The translations under genes were made by a program, and so were the position numbers. Shown piece by piece: positions 39,860 to 53,075 of a DNA stretch of 64,000 nt; positions within the stretch are counted from its first letter, which is position 1; each line of letters opens with the position of its first letter. The stretch comes from Isurus oxyrinchus (taxonomy: Eukaryota): positions 3,968,001-4,032,000 of the forward strand of contig JANJGN010000036.1 of NCBI GenBank assembly GCA_026770705.1, written 5' to 3'. The notes under the pieces are model-generated. The model was not told the DNA's origin. It searched no databases and worked only from the letters and a program-made list of their open reading frames with translations.

Positions 39860-41110
39860 ATTATGCAAGAACAGGTGAAGCACAGGTTAGGTACAGGGTG
39901 AATTTCCCTCTGTGCACTGTTCCCCAAAACACTCCGATAGAAGGTACAAAAGGGATTAGATACAGGCTAAATGTCCCTCAATACACTGTTCCACAAAGCA
40001 CACCTACGGAAGGAACAGAAGGGTTTAGATGGCGATGAATCTCCTTCTACACTGCTCCGAAAAGCACCCCATGGAAATTTTGCAGTTATTACGTATAGCT
40101 TAGGTGCAAATGTACATCTTTCCCTTCATTTTCTGCAGGAATGGTACTGAACTGGATTAGTGCAGCTTAATATTCCCTCTGCACTCGATGCCAATTATAA
40201 GGCAAGTAAAGCATGACTTGGATGCAATGTACAGTTCACATTTTAATGTCACAGCATCAAGTCGTGGACAGGTATAGCTTGGTGACTCTCCGATTACAAA
40301 ACCTTCAGCACTTCCCAATTACATTTATGGCATGTTCAGCCTGGAACACGTAGATTTGCCATGCTTCCTTTGCACTTTCTCAAGAACACGTCTGGGCTGG
40401 TACATCGTAATGTTGACTCTATTTTGTCCCAGCAAACACCCAGTTCAGTTACAGAACAGGTTATATGCAGAGTAAATTTCTCTGGGTGCTCTAATATCAG
40501 ATTCGTGGAAAATCAAGCAGTTCTTGGATCGAGAATAGGTCTCCTGCTGCACGGGTGGATAAAGAGGAACACTCACTCCACAATGTCCCGTCAAGCATTC
40601 CCAGGACAGGTAAAGCACAGGGTTAGATACAGAGTCATTCTTCCTCTACACTGTCCCAATCAAACACTCGCAGGGCAGGTACAGCAAAGGGTTAGATTTA
40701 GATCAGAAACCCTCTACATTGTCCCCATCAAACACTCCCAGGGCAGGTACAGCATGATGTTAGATAGAGTAAAGCTCCCCCTTACACTGTTCCCATCAAA
40801 CACTCCCAGGACAGGGACAGCATGGGGTTAGATACAGAATAAAACTCCCTCTGCACTGTCCCATCAACCACTCCCGGGCAGGCACAACAGGGGTTAGATA
40901 CAAAGTATATCCCCGTCGTCAATGCCCCAAAGAACATCGATATGCTCATTACTGAACGGGTTGGATATAGAGTCAAGCTACCTGTACACTGTCCCATGAA
41001 AAACACCAGGACTTTTACAGAATGCTTGAGACACAGAATAAAGATACCTCTCTATTGTCCCATCAAAATTCACATGAATGGTTAACCAAAATATTTTCAA
41101 ACTCACTCTA
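39860..41110. repeat. ~68-bp tandem satellite, degenerate
   Basis: Unit GGACAGGTACAGCAnGGGTTAGATACAGAGTAAAGCTCCCTCTACACTGTCCCATCAAACACTCCCA; best copies start ~40604, 40673, 40741, 40809, 40877. Confidence 0.85.
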
Positions 41111-44100
41111 TAATACCACAGAAACGATCCTAGATGAATTGCTGCTACATGGCATTGACTGTGTGGTTCCACTCTCCAGTGCGGTGAGGAGGACTTCGTT
41201 TCAGGTTGTATCACCAAGTAGGTCCCATCTTGGACCCAGGGGATGTGTCCAGTCCCTGGTAATCAAAACAAGTACTCATGACGGAGTCCTATTGCTCAAA
41301 GCGAAATCTTTACCTGAGATAATTCCAATGTGAATGGATGACTGTGTTTGGTGGACTCGACTAGGGCTGGAACCACTTCTGCTCCTGCTATTCCATAAGA
41401 AGTGACGCAAAGACACTTGCCATCTCTCCAAAGCTGCCCTCAGCTCTTCTCAACTCCTGCAGTTCTGAGGTGTGGAATCGGAACTGGCCATTGAAAGACC
41501 GTAAACTGGGTAAGAATAGAATTCTCCAGCCTTATTAAAACATTTAATTCTCCATACCGCCTCCTGCATGCAGTTTGCTATTTGTCCCCTCTCCCTACTC
41601 TGTTAAACATTGAAGAGACCCAGCTTTGAAGATGAGCCCCATGTTTACTGCCTGGGCCACGGAGAATGTTTCATCAATACTGTGCAGTATTTCCACATTG
41701 TTTTCCTTACAGTTAATTTAGTGGCGATTGTGATCCTGTCCAGCAGAAAATATGGCATCTCCAACTGCACCACTTGCTTCCTAGTGGCCATGGCAACGGC
41801 GGATCCACTGGTAATTATCACCGTGGTCATACTGTTTCAGATCTATTATTATTATTCCCCCATGACCTTGTTGGACATCATACCTGTGTGTAGTGTTCGC
41901 GCTTTCCTGATTGGTGCAGTAATAGAATGTTCTGTTTGGTTGACCGTTAATTTTTCCATTGATAGATATGTGGATTTGTGTTGCAGGAAGGTGAACCTGA
42001 AATATTGCCGCAAGAAAACTGCAGTTGCGGTTCGAAAAACAACCGACATTCTCATCTGTTTACAGAAAGTTCCCATCTACGTTAGATATGAAGGTGGGAA
42101 GACAATCGGCAATGTGCCGTTCTTTTGTCTGATGAAGACAAGTTATTTCACTGAGACAGGATGGGTGGGGTTTGACTGGTATGATAAGGTTTTACCCGTA
42201 CTGTTGCTATTTGTTTTAATTCTGCTTTTCAACGCTCTGACTGTCAGATATTTTTGAGTCGCCAGCCGAGCCCATAAGGAACTGAGAGGCCAGAGCAAGG
42301 GAGATTCTCACAGTGACCCAGAGATGGATAGCAGAAGGAAGTGATTTTTCTTCAACATATCCGGCGGCTTCATACTTCTGTGGTTGACACTTATAACCGA
42401 TTTTTAATATTATGTGATTACAGGTCTGATCCAAATAATTAGGACGGGACTTTATATAAACTTCGAAAAGTTGGATACATGCTGGTGGATTTAAGTTCCT
42501 GCATGAGCACATTTATTTATGGGGCGTCTCATTCAAAGTTTAGACAGCAGTTAAAGATCATGCTGAAATATTCGGTTATATTAATTATTCAATCCATTAA
42601 TAAACAAAAGAACTGAGAGCTCGTGTGGATCCGAGCGTTTGCTGTCCTTCAAGAAAATAAAGGACAGGAGACACATGGGAACATCACCACCTGGGAGTTC
42701 CCCTACAAGCACTCATCATACGAACTTGGTAGTATATCACCGTTCCTTCACTGTAACTGGGTCAAAATCCTGGAACTTCATCCCTAATAGCGTTGGGAAT
42801 TGATGAGGCATCGATAGCACCTGTTTCAGGTGTGGGTGGGGTGGTGGGTGGAATTGTTGGATATGTGCACATCCTGATTTTACCATGCAAAGCTAGCTGG
42901 GGAATCACTGGAAAAATGCTCTGCTCACGATGTTTCCAAGCCTCAGCTACTCACGTGTTAAAACGGGCAGCTGCCAGTCAAGGAGAAACACCATCAGACA
43001 CCCACTCTGCTGCCACGGGGGAAGGCGGTTAATAAACTGAATGACACAATACACATCCAATCTCTAGAATCCTTCAACTGAATCATTAATCTGCTCGGAG
43101 GCTAGTTGGCAGGAAATAGTTAATGTGTCCTTCAGAGACAAAATTAAACCAGTTTGAAAAATATAATAACGGATACAAATACTTTAATATTGGTTTTGTG
43201 CATTTTAGCCGATTATTACACTCCGACACTGTTCACTGGTATAATTTATGCTTCAAAACATCTTAGAGAGAAGATCTTATCAACGTGTTGCCCAAAATAT
43301 TGCCTTAACATTTAGTCGTGGATTATCCTGTGATTGATAACGATTTACCGATATTCCAGCCATTATGGTTACCTGGATGATTCAGGATGTCGCAAAATGC
43401 AGGTTAATGGACACCAGGTTAAATGGTTTGCGTCGGGTCACGGAATTGTTGGTCCCGGTTTCGAGATTATAGCTATCAGGAAAGGTTGACCAGGCCGGGG
43501 CTCTTACCCCTAGAAAAGTGGTGGCTGGGTGGGTGACCTGGTAGAAATATTTAAAATTATGAACATATTCGATACGGTAGACGTAAAGAAGATATTCCCA
43601 TTTGTGGGACTAGGGACCATCAATATAAGAAAGTCACCAATTTATCCAATAAGGAATGCAAAAGAAGCCTCCTTATTTATACAGTGTGGAGAATGTGGAA
43701 CTCACTCCCACAGGGAGTGATCGAGGTGAATCGCAGAGATGCATAGAAGGGGGAATCAGGATAAAGACACGAGTGAGAAAGGAACAGAAGGATAGGTTAA
43801 TGGGGTGAGATGAAGAGGGGTGGGAGGAGTTTCGTGTGGAGCTAAAACACCGGCATAGAGAGGATGGCCGATGCTCCGCTGATCCACAGTTGTAATTCTG
43901 AGACAAAGAGACAGGTGGGAAGACAAGTTCTGCGTGAAACATTTACTAACGTATTAGCGTCATATCCTAGCTTTCTTCAATCTGGTATGTTTTTGTTGAA
44001 ACCAGAATAAATTAATGTTGTCTCGGTGAAATAACCAGAACATTCGGAATGAGGAGCATTTCCCCTCTGCCCACACGAATGTCATAAGCGGTAATGTCGT

Positions 44101-44599
44101 TGATTGCAACACCATTGCCTCTTGTCTCCAGTTTGACCCAGTCTGGACTTTGCACCGCCTGTGACGCGTGTTTACCACGATCTGTAGCGTGCTACCCTTT
44201 GCAGGCAAGGCCGTGTGTGGTCTCCTAATCTGTAAACATGACACCCTCAGCTAAAATTTGCCCCGCGCTGAATATTTCAGTGAGCTATTTTTAAACGTTG
44301 TACATAATTTCTGTAAAATGTGTATTTTCACCACGTTTTCCGAGTCGGGGTCGAAATGTCACAACAACCGGCCGGGGATCGGAGACTGAGAGCTTTTTAA
44401 TGTCATGTGCGTTGCTTGCATGTGTTTCCAGGTTTATGTCTCCATCCCTCCTCAGTCGGACTGGTTTAAGACCACTGAGATAGTCAGCCGAATAGCAATC
44501 GATCCCCATGCCTGTATTGTATTACTTTACCTTTATGTTAATGGACTGAATTATGACCGCCTGATCAAAGTCGATCACATATCAACATTCTCCAATCTA

Positions 44600-44880
44600 T
44601 CGCATGGGATGTTAAACTGAGATCCTCTGCCTGCCCTTTAAGGAGAATAAGAGTCCCAGGGCCACTATTAGCAGAGGAAAGGAGAGGTGAGGGGAGTTGG
44701 GCTGTCGAGGCCCCCCTGTGTCCCTGGGGCCAATATTTACCCCTCATACAATATCATTGAAAACGTGATGTGGGTCATACTGACGTTGTCCTTTTTGGGC
44801 CTTGCTGTGCGCAGTTACAGCTGTCGCGTTTCCTACATGACAACAGAGGCTACACCTCAGAAAAAACCCTTCAATGTCCC
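44600..44880 (+). mobile_element. Deu-domain SINE (SacSINE1/AmnSINE1-like) remnant
   Basis: GGCCAATATTTACCCCTCA..CTTGCTGTGCGCA..TTTCCTACATGACAACAG; related pieces at ~11180-11290, 28110-28260, 58200-58370. Confidence 0.65.
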
Positions 44881-45052
44881 TGAAGCACCTCTTTCCCTCT
44901 TGCTCCTATTATTATTTCAAATTTCGCCCTCAACCTTTGACTCCGTTAGTGGACGGTCTGCTATAGATTTCAATGTTTTAGAAAATTCTTCATAGGAAAC
45001 ATTTTCTCTCTCACTGCCATGACAGAACCCATAGTGATTTTCTATCACTCAG

Positions 45053-46817
45053 TTATTATATCTGAGGTACTTGTGTCCCAGGCGCCAGCGGTTCAGAGTC
45101 CGTCGCTTGGAAGTAACTACAAGATGCACTGTGACACGGCTTGATTGGCAGGGGGTTGGGGGTGAGGGTAGGGGTGCGGGGGTCGCGTGTGGGGTCTGTC
45201 CACTGGTGTAAACGGAGCCACCGGAAGCAGCTGCAACTGGTTTTGCACCATGAGAGACTAGATCCTTTCAACCAAGAGATTTTCCGGAGATGTTAATGAC
45301 AAATTGACTCTCCATTCCCTGCCCTTATCGGGTGTCCGGACAAGTGATTCAGGCATGTATCACTGTGCAGCTAAAGAGCCCTGTGGGGTGACTTTTTCGT
45401 TTGGAAATGGTTGAAAATTGCTCATCAGAGGTAAAAATTAAGAGTATTTTGCCCATTGCAGCATCAATAATCAGGAAGTTATGGCCAGGAGTGATCGAAA
45501 CTTAAAGCCCCATCCAGCCACGTTCTCCATTATTCGACCTCCTAAACCCACACAGGCTGAAATTCCTTCCATGGATGTATGTTTCGTGAAGGGTGTGGAC
45601 GGTGATCCCTTTGTCGTTCGCTGGAATTTTTCCAGGCAGAACCACCAAACGCAGTGACTCCAGTACAATCGAGCTGGATGGGACATGAACCATCAGGAGT
45701 TACAAAATTCTCTGGGCGGAAATTTGAAACAACGGGTGCTCTCTGCACTTGCTCCGTTCAATTCAACTCCAGTGAAAATATTCCACGTGAAAATGTCTAA
45801 TCTCAGAGAGCTAGATATTAAATTTTTTCTTGTGTACTTAATGTGCGGCCTACTTGTCAGCATTATCTCTTTTTACATTAAAACGCCCCATTTCTATGCA
45901 TCCATGTATCATTTCTTGAACTCTTACACCGCTCTCATATCGTTCAACATTTCAGTGTTTTTAACTGAAACTGTCTAGTTGGGAAAGAAGCATATTGAGT
46001 GTGATAAGCTATTTTCACACGTCAATAATCAAATAAAAACACATTTTTTGTTTAACTATTACTCTTTCGATTTCTCTATTTCATTATCTGTATTCCATAG
46101 AGCTTCCAACACAGAAGCAGTGCATTCGACCCTTCGGCTCCGTGTTGGTGTTTCTGCTCCACATGAATATCCTCCCAACTCTCACCAAACCAACCCATCA
46201 GCGTATCATTCCATTCAGTTTTTCATGATGTGTTTATCCAACGTCTCGCTTAAATGCATCTCAGCTATTGACTTTAAGCTACTTCAATGTGTCAATTTCA
46301 ACTAAGCTTAAATTTCACTTTCTACCAGGCAACATGAACAATGATGCGGAACCGATGGATTCCAGAGCACGGGCACAAGAAAAGAATGTAGCTTTAAATG
46401 GAATGGTTTCTGAGCATGTGTACATACATTTCACTGAATTTAATCAAATGGTTAACATTCATAGTTACTGCCATATGAGTGTAGGACATCTTGCACACTG
46501 CATACTGCAAGATAACACTGGTTACGTGTCCTAATCCAGTGCGACAATAGATTCAAAATATTGACAGGGATTCAACTAAATATGTCAAATTGAGATTGGC
46601 CATTTTTTGTTGGGTAAAGGGGATTTAGTGTTTTGGGACGAAGGCGAGGAGATAGGGTTAAGATACAGATCAGAAATGTACTTATTGAAAGGCAGAACAG
46701 GCTCGAAGGGCTGAATGGCCTCATGATGATGGTTTGGCTCACGATAATTGTTTGTCTTTTCTCATACAGACGCTTTTTGATCGGCTAACATTTAATGCGA
46801 ATCCCACAATCTGTTAG
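45053..46817 (+). pseudogene. psiA'2: A'-subfamily V(J)-C1 pseudogene lacking the TM exon
   Basis: V 45053-45430 (..KMHCDTA*..SDSGMYHCAAKEPCGVTFSFGNG*KLLIR), C1 ~45510-45810 frameshifted, tail exons 46329-46387 and 46770-46817 (TLFDRLTFNANPTIC*). Confidence 0.87.
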
Positions 46818-48890
46818 GAAATGACTTTGAGAGCTTTTTATCTGATTCTGGCCAATGACGCGTATTGGAAGGTTTCCTCTGTTGTGTCCTTATTGGAGGA
46901 AAGCCTGAAGGTGTAACCCTTTCCAAACATTTATCAATAATAATGAAAAATGCAGTCCGCCGGTTCGTCACGTCCTGAAGTGTCTTCAAGTCTGACAAAA
47001 CAGGCTCCATTTCAAGTGCAATTTGTCACTCGGAAATTTTAAAATTTTGTTCAGGCTTGATATGTTTCTACTTCCTTGTCGTCGTGTTTGTAAGATCGTT
47101 GTGCACCTTTGTGTAGAGCTTGAGCAGGAAAGGGCGAGTCAGTGCCCACGTTAGCAATACATTAAAACACATTTTGTAACCCAAGCATTGCATTTGGGAG
47201 TTCGGGCTGTTTGATCCCTCCGTGCTCAGTCAATCTGCACTGGCAAGTTACAGGACATCTTTACAGACCAGATGTGTGCGGTTTAAAAGCGGGAAGAATT
47301 CAACGAGAATGAGACCAGAACTGAGAGGTTATGATATCAGGGAAGGTTGAACAGACTGGGCCAATCTTCTCCACAAAAGTGAAGACTCAGTGTGAAGCTG
47401 ATGAAGGTACTTAAAATTATGAAACGATTCGATATGTGTAGGATTAGAAAGAATGCTTCCAATTGCAGGCAGAGCTGAAATAATGGCCATGAACGTAAGA
47501 TATTAATTAGTCCAAAGAGCAATTCAGGATTAATTACTTCCCCAGGAGAAATGGGAGAAATCATAACTCGCCATCAAAGGGCGTGGCTGAGATGAATATC
47601 TGAAAGGTATTTCTGGGGAAGGTAAATAAACACATGACGACGAAAGGAATAGGAAGGCATGTTGATGGGGTGTGATGTAGAGGGTGTGAGAGGAGGCTTG
47701 CGTGGAGCAGAGAGGTGATCACAGAGCAGAGGGGCTGAATGGCCTGTGCCTGGTCGAATATTGTAAAGCAGAATAAATGAGCAGTGACTGAATGTGGTTT
47801 GCTGGTAATATGAATATTTGGCATTATTAACACAAATTTGTTCTTCACAATAAAGGAACCAGTTAAAAATGAAAGGAGAATTCAATGGAGGTTTCACCGA
47901 GGTGACCTGATATCTTTCTGTTACACTTTCACTAAAACGTCAGGCTGGAGACCATTGCTTTTTGAGGTACATGTTACGACGGGAACCAATGCCAAATTGT
48001 AGACGGAAAATAGTCTCATTGATCTTTTGTGTCTTGCATTTTGAAAACGAGAGGGAAGCTACTGACCCAAGCAGCATCGAAGCTCGGTAGCTCTTTTACG
48101 TTTCTAAAATTAAAAGGTTAATGAACAAGAAGAAAAAAAAAACGTAAGCACACAAGATTGAAAGTAGACAGGTGAAACAGTCTTACAAAACATTCCTCCA
48201 AAAAGCCCACAAATCGCATAAGTAAACTACCTGGCAACAGCTCCCTTACAGGTTTTTAACCATAAAAATCCAGTAAAATCACCCAAGGTAAAAAAAAATT
48301 CTTCTACTTTTGCAAAGTATACCACGCAACTTCTCACTCTCTTCCACTTTGCGGTGCAAATCCGAAGTAAGTTCTGAAGCACAGTCCCTCGGGAAAACAA
48401 AGACTTCTCTCTCTTTAAATTGGATGGCTGCTTCAAATTTCCTTTTTTTCTCAGCAGAGCTGGTCTCAGGGAATTTCCCCCACGCAGTTATCTCAACTCC
48501 TCCAAATAAACTTCCTTAAATAACTTCTTTTTCAACTTTACTCGTGGAATTCATTCTCGTAAGCACCTCTTAGAACTCAACATTTCCAAAATATATCAAT
48601 CTCACATGTCTTCATATTGCCTCCGCTTTCGGGTCAAATAAATTTTAATCAGCTCCCCTTGTTTACTTATGAATGTTTTGTCAGTTGTACAAGTCCCTTA
48701 AACTCTGTTTGAAATTTAGCAGCTGAAAAGAAATGACCTTGCCTATCAACTAATGAATTTTAAGAACCCAACTTATTTACTTGTAATTCAAACTTCACTA
48801 CAGCCTTTCATTACAAGTGCAAGCACCCAGTTCCTTTACCTTTCATCTCTCAGTTCCCAAAGACAAGCTGTCTTTATTCACTTTCTTCAG

Positions 48891-49084
48891 NNNNNNNNNN
48901 NNNNNNNNNNNNNNNNNNNNNNNNNNNNNNNNNNNNNNNNNNNNNNNNNNNNNNNNNNNNNNNNNNNNNNNNNNNNNNNNNNNNNNNNNNNNNNNNNNNN
49001 NNNNNNNNNNNNNNNNNNNNNNNNNNNNNNNNNNNNNNNNNNNNNNNNNNNNNNNNNNNNNNNNNNNNNNNNNNNNNNNNNNNN
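48891..49084. other. Assembly gap
   Basis: Run of N. Confidence 1.
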
Positions 49085-49914
49085 CCATGGTCCCCAAAAT
49101 ATATAAAACAACATCCAGCTTCACATACTGAAATCCAGCCGTTCACACTGTTTCCATATCCCTTAATACAGTTCCACAACAAAATGTAATGGATACCAGC
49201 TTCAACAGCCTTCTGGGGGAAAGAGATCCAGATTTCCACTCCATCATCCACAGAGCCTCGTGCTCCAGTCACGGTAAAGCTCTGAAATGTGGCTTTAAAA
49301 TTAAGCACAAGCCAAAAGACACCGTGTAAATGTGAAATGGAACCGTCACAAGTTTCTTGGATCACTGTCCCTCTCCTGCGGTGTTCCAATCCAGTAAATG
49401 ATCAAAACACATCACTACTCAGACAAAGGAACACACTATAACAACATTTCAATCCAAGACTGATATTGTCAGCTCAACAAATATTGCAGTTTTATCCAGG
49501 TGACATTTCATTGAACTATTAATCAGCATAAACACCTGTTGCATAGTTATAATTGAAGGACAATTTATTTTAATTACATACATACGTTTGCCAGGAAATG
49601 GACATCCTGTTAGTAGCGGGATTAACAGGGTCAGCAGAGATGATCTAGGGAAACGAAGGAAAGTCCCTAGTCTTTGCTCAGTGTATGTTTCAACCTTGAG
49701 TTTACGATAACAGTGGAATATCCATAACAACAATCAAAACAACTTCTACATTTAACTAATTGGAAAATTCTTTGAAAGTTCTGGCGGGTGCATGGTGCAA
49801 GTTTAATTGTTTGATGGGTGTCTCCTTGGCTGCATGTTTATTTACACAAGTTTGTAAGTTCTTTGGCAAATCCTGTATCCTCCATACTCGATCAGAGAGA
49901 ACCCATCCCGAATC

Positions 49915-52900
49915 TCATCTGCGGCCCGTCTCCTTTTTTAATCTTCTGTCCAAGGCAGCCAAGTCCAGCGTGACGTAGAGAGGTCCGCCTTGAGTCTGAG
50001 AAACATGTTACACATTAACACCAGAAGGCAGTTAAAAGACAGGTAAGTTACCCATTTCTGCCATCACGTTTCATAGAACCATAGAATGATACAACGCTGA
50101 AGGAGGACATTCTGCCTATGTTCTCAGTGCTAGTTCTTTGAAAGAGTTATTCAATTTGTTCCACTGTACATTTATCTGTCTCCATACCGCTGCCATTATT
50201 TTCCCTTCCACTATTTTCTGATTCCTTCTTGAACGTCACGTTTGAATCTCCTTCAGTTGCCCTCTAGATCAATATGAGGGGATTTTTTTTTTTGCTTTAT
50301 TTGAATATGTAAGAATCGTGTGAATTAATGTTATGTAACAGAGAAGCAGATTTCGGAAAGCAGATTGATGTTGTTTGAGATATAAAATATGAAAGCCCTC
50401 CACCCCGCCCCCATTACCCCTCCATGCAATCGTGGCTTACCATCTTTTATACCGAACTGAGAGGGCAGACAGGGCCTCGGTTTAACTTTTGATGTGCAAA
50501 CCGCACCACAGACAGTGCAGAATTCGCTCTGGAGATTCAGTCTGGACTTTATGTGCAAGTTTCTGGACACATACACACATACATACACACACACACACAT
50601 GCGCGCGGTTTCTGTCCAAATTGATTCCATCTTAGTTCACTTACAACAGAAACACATTTTGATTTATCTATAAAACGCTCTGGGATTTACTCTTATCTTA
50701 ATTGTAGTTCCATTGGCTTATGTATTTACTAAATCATTTGGGTCGGGGGAGGGAGAAAGGTGGGAAATGGGGCATGGGAAATTAGGCTCACTGCAGAGAA
50801 AAAGGAAAATAGCATAATGCAAAAATGTGAACTGCTGCAAACCCGCCGCTAAGACGGACGGAGGCATTCCACCTGGAACATTACCCTATTCTTCATTGTA
50901 TCAGATGGGGAGAGGGGTTGTGGGGGTATTTTCTGATTTGAGTTAGAGGGGCGAGTTGTATTTTATACAATTTCAGATGTTCTAAGACTGTGACCTGATC
51001 TCTGATCATCGCGTGAAATATCCAGCTTGGGAAGCCTTGCATCTTGTCACAAAAAACGAAGTATTTGTATATTATTACAGCAAATTTTAAAAAGTCACCT
51101 GTGTTGCTTCCTGATGTGTCCGCTTTGCCTCTGCTTGATGGTGGTCATCTGTTTTATTAATGGTTAAGATATTAATTGAAATGTTATCCCAGTCTGGCCA
51201 ATCCATAATTAAATACAGCTACGCCGTTCGCCAATGAAGCACTAAGTTAACAATGACCCCAATACGCCCGTTATGTAAACGGGCCCCCATTCTGCTGAAG
51301 AACCTCCAATGTGGCGAATGTCTATCAATACTTCAGTGGGATGAACTTCGCCAATGGATGAACAAACGCTCTCTATCCCGGTGCAGGGCGCTTATTGTCC
51401 TTCTGGTATATTACTTACATTATTAATAACAAGTAATTAGCATTTTACATGGGTCTCACAGATAGCAGAGTGATTGTAGAACATTTTGAAGGCAGGAAAT
51501 GCTCTTATGCATCTACCAATTCCTCCCAATTGACTTTTAATCTGTGCCACCATTTCAATGCAACTTACCCATCTGTCGCTCTTTTTGCCCCTCTCTTTGC
51601 CTTCTCTCTCTCAAGATAAAACTGGATTCAGACAAAAAATATCAAACACATCTTATGTCATTTAAATCCTGCCAGCAGTACTTGAGAAGAAAACTGTAGA
51701 GCATTCTTAGAATCAACCATAAAAGATCATATAAATTGTCAGCATATATCATTGGAATCAGTGTTGGGGTTTAACCGTGTTAGACGCAGTGTGAAATATA
51801 GCGAGGGTGCTCGGGATGAACTTTGCAAACGGTTTAGTTACTCACTTTTCTTTGTGGAATCTCTTGTCTCGTTCTCCTGAAAGCAGAACATGTAATTAAC
51901 AATTTCAAACTACAAGAAGGGAATCAGATTAGGCAAAAGATTTCTTCAAATATCCCTGATAAATATTAATGCTCACCTGATCTGCCGCTTTTATGAAACC
52001 AAATCGAAATAAGGACCAAGAGTAGAACCACTATCATCAGGACAGGAATAAGAACAAGAAGGGCCAGATTGCACAGTCCTACAGGGAGAAAACACTTAGA
52101 AACTGCTGCTCGGTTAACTCATCCTTTCTGGGATTTTCTGATGGGAAACGTGACTCAAAAGGAAGCCCAGAAGCAGTCCATTTGGATTATCGTGCCAGGG
52201 CATGCTCTTACAAACAGGCGTCTGTCTAGTTATTCCTTGTCCCTCTGTTCTTCCCCTCAAATTTGGGTCCACCGCCCTTTCAGGCAGCGCCTTCCAGATC
52301 ACAGCAACTCGCTGTGTAAAAAAAAATCTCATCATACCCCGCTCTGAACAATTTTCTGATTATCTTCAATCTGGTTACCGCACCCCACCCCCCCCCCCCC
52401 CCGCCACACCCCCCCCACCCCCCCCCCCCCCCCCCCCACCCCCGGCCAGCGGAACAGTTTCTCTTTGTTTACTATATCGAAACCCTTCATGATATTGAAC
52501 GCTTCCTTTAAATCTCCCCCTTAAACCTTCTCTGCTCTAAGGAGAACAGTCCCAGCTTCTCCAGTCTCTCCACATTTATGAAGTCCCCCATTCCTGGTGC
52601 TATTCTGCTAAATTTCCTCCTTCCCCCAACAAGGCATCCATGGCTGTTTCTTCATTGTAAAGAGCATACAGTGTAGAACTGACCTCAAATCCATTCCAAG
52701 ATCCACGCCCTGAAAAGGGAGGTGGAAGGAGGTTCAACAATACGTTTCAGAAGGGAAATCATATTCTATCTTGAAGGGGAAAAATGTGACAGTGTTGCGG
52801 GCAAAGAGTGGATCCAATTGGATAACTCTTTCAAAGAGATATCACAGGCACGATGGGCTGAAATCCCTCTTTCCTGGTCTATCGTTCTAGGAATCGATGA

Positions 52901-53040
52901 TGTGACGGAGAAATATGAGGCAAGTCCAGAAATTGTTTACAAAGCAACTCTACATCTGGGGCTAAGGTAACCCTAACTTATTTTAAACTATTTTGACAGA
53001 CTGAAGGCACACAAACACACAAACCCATACATACACACAA

Positions 53041-53075
<35 letters not shown>

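Larger units (their letters stand above)
35097..42615 (+). pseudogene. GPR139-like class A GPCR pseudogene (two exons)
   Basis: Exon 1 35097-35160 MNKFYNFRKIYNTILAVIGVP|gt; exon 2 from 41713 VNLVAIVILS..LVAMATAD..CSVWLTVNFSIDRYV..LILLFNALTVRYF*VASR..DPEMDSRRK*..; in-frame stops at 42255 and beyond. Confidence 0.88.
43350..47980 (+). repeat. Segmental duplication, paralog of ~57230-64000
   Basis: Colinear similarity including the A' pseudogene and old repeats (e.g. 43400 vs 57285, 46760 vs 62710, 47950 vs 63965); this copy lacks the segment carrying the TM exon. Confidence 0.85.

Noticed and set aside
39860-41110. CRISPR-like array
   Set aside because: Contiguous degenerate 68-bp units without unique spacers, in vertebrate DNA; a satellite.
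41610-42257. Intact 215-aa GPCR
   Set aside because: The N-terminal part is intron; homology continues past several stops, so it is a pseudogene.
50645-50790. Extra B3 exon behind a strong minus-strand acceptor
   Set aside because: Begins with TGA in the needed phase; at most an alternative Tyr-less end, unsupported.
52202-52492. Poly-proline ORF
   Set aside because: Comes from a poly-C tract inside an antisense CR1 fragment.
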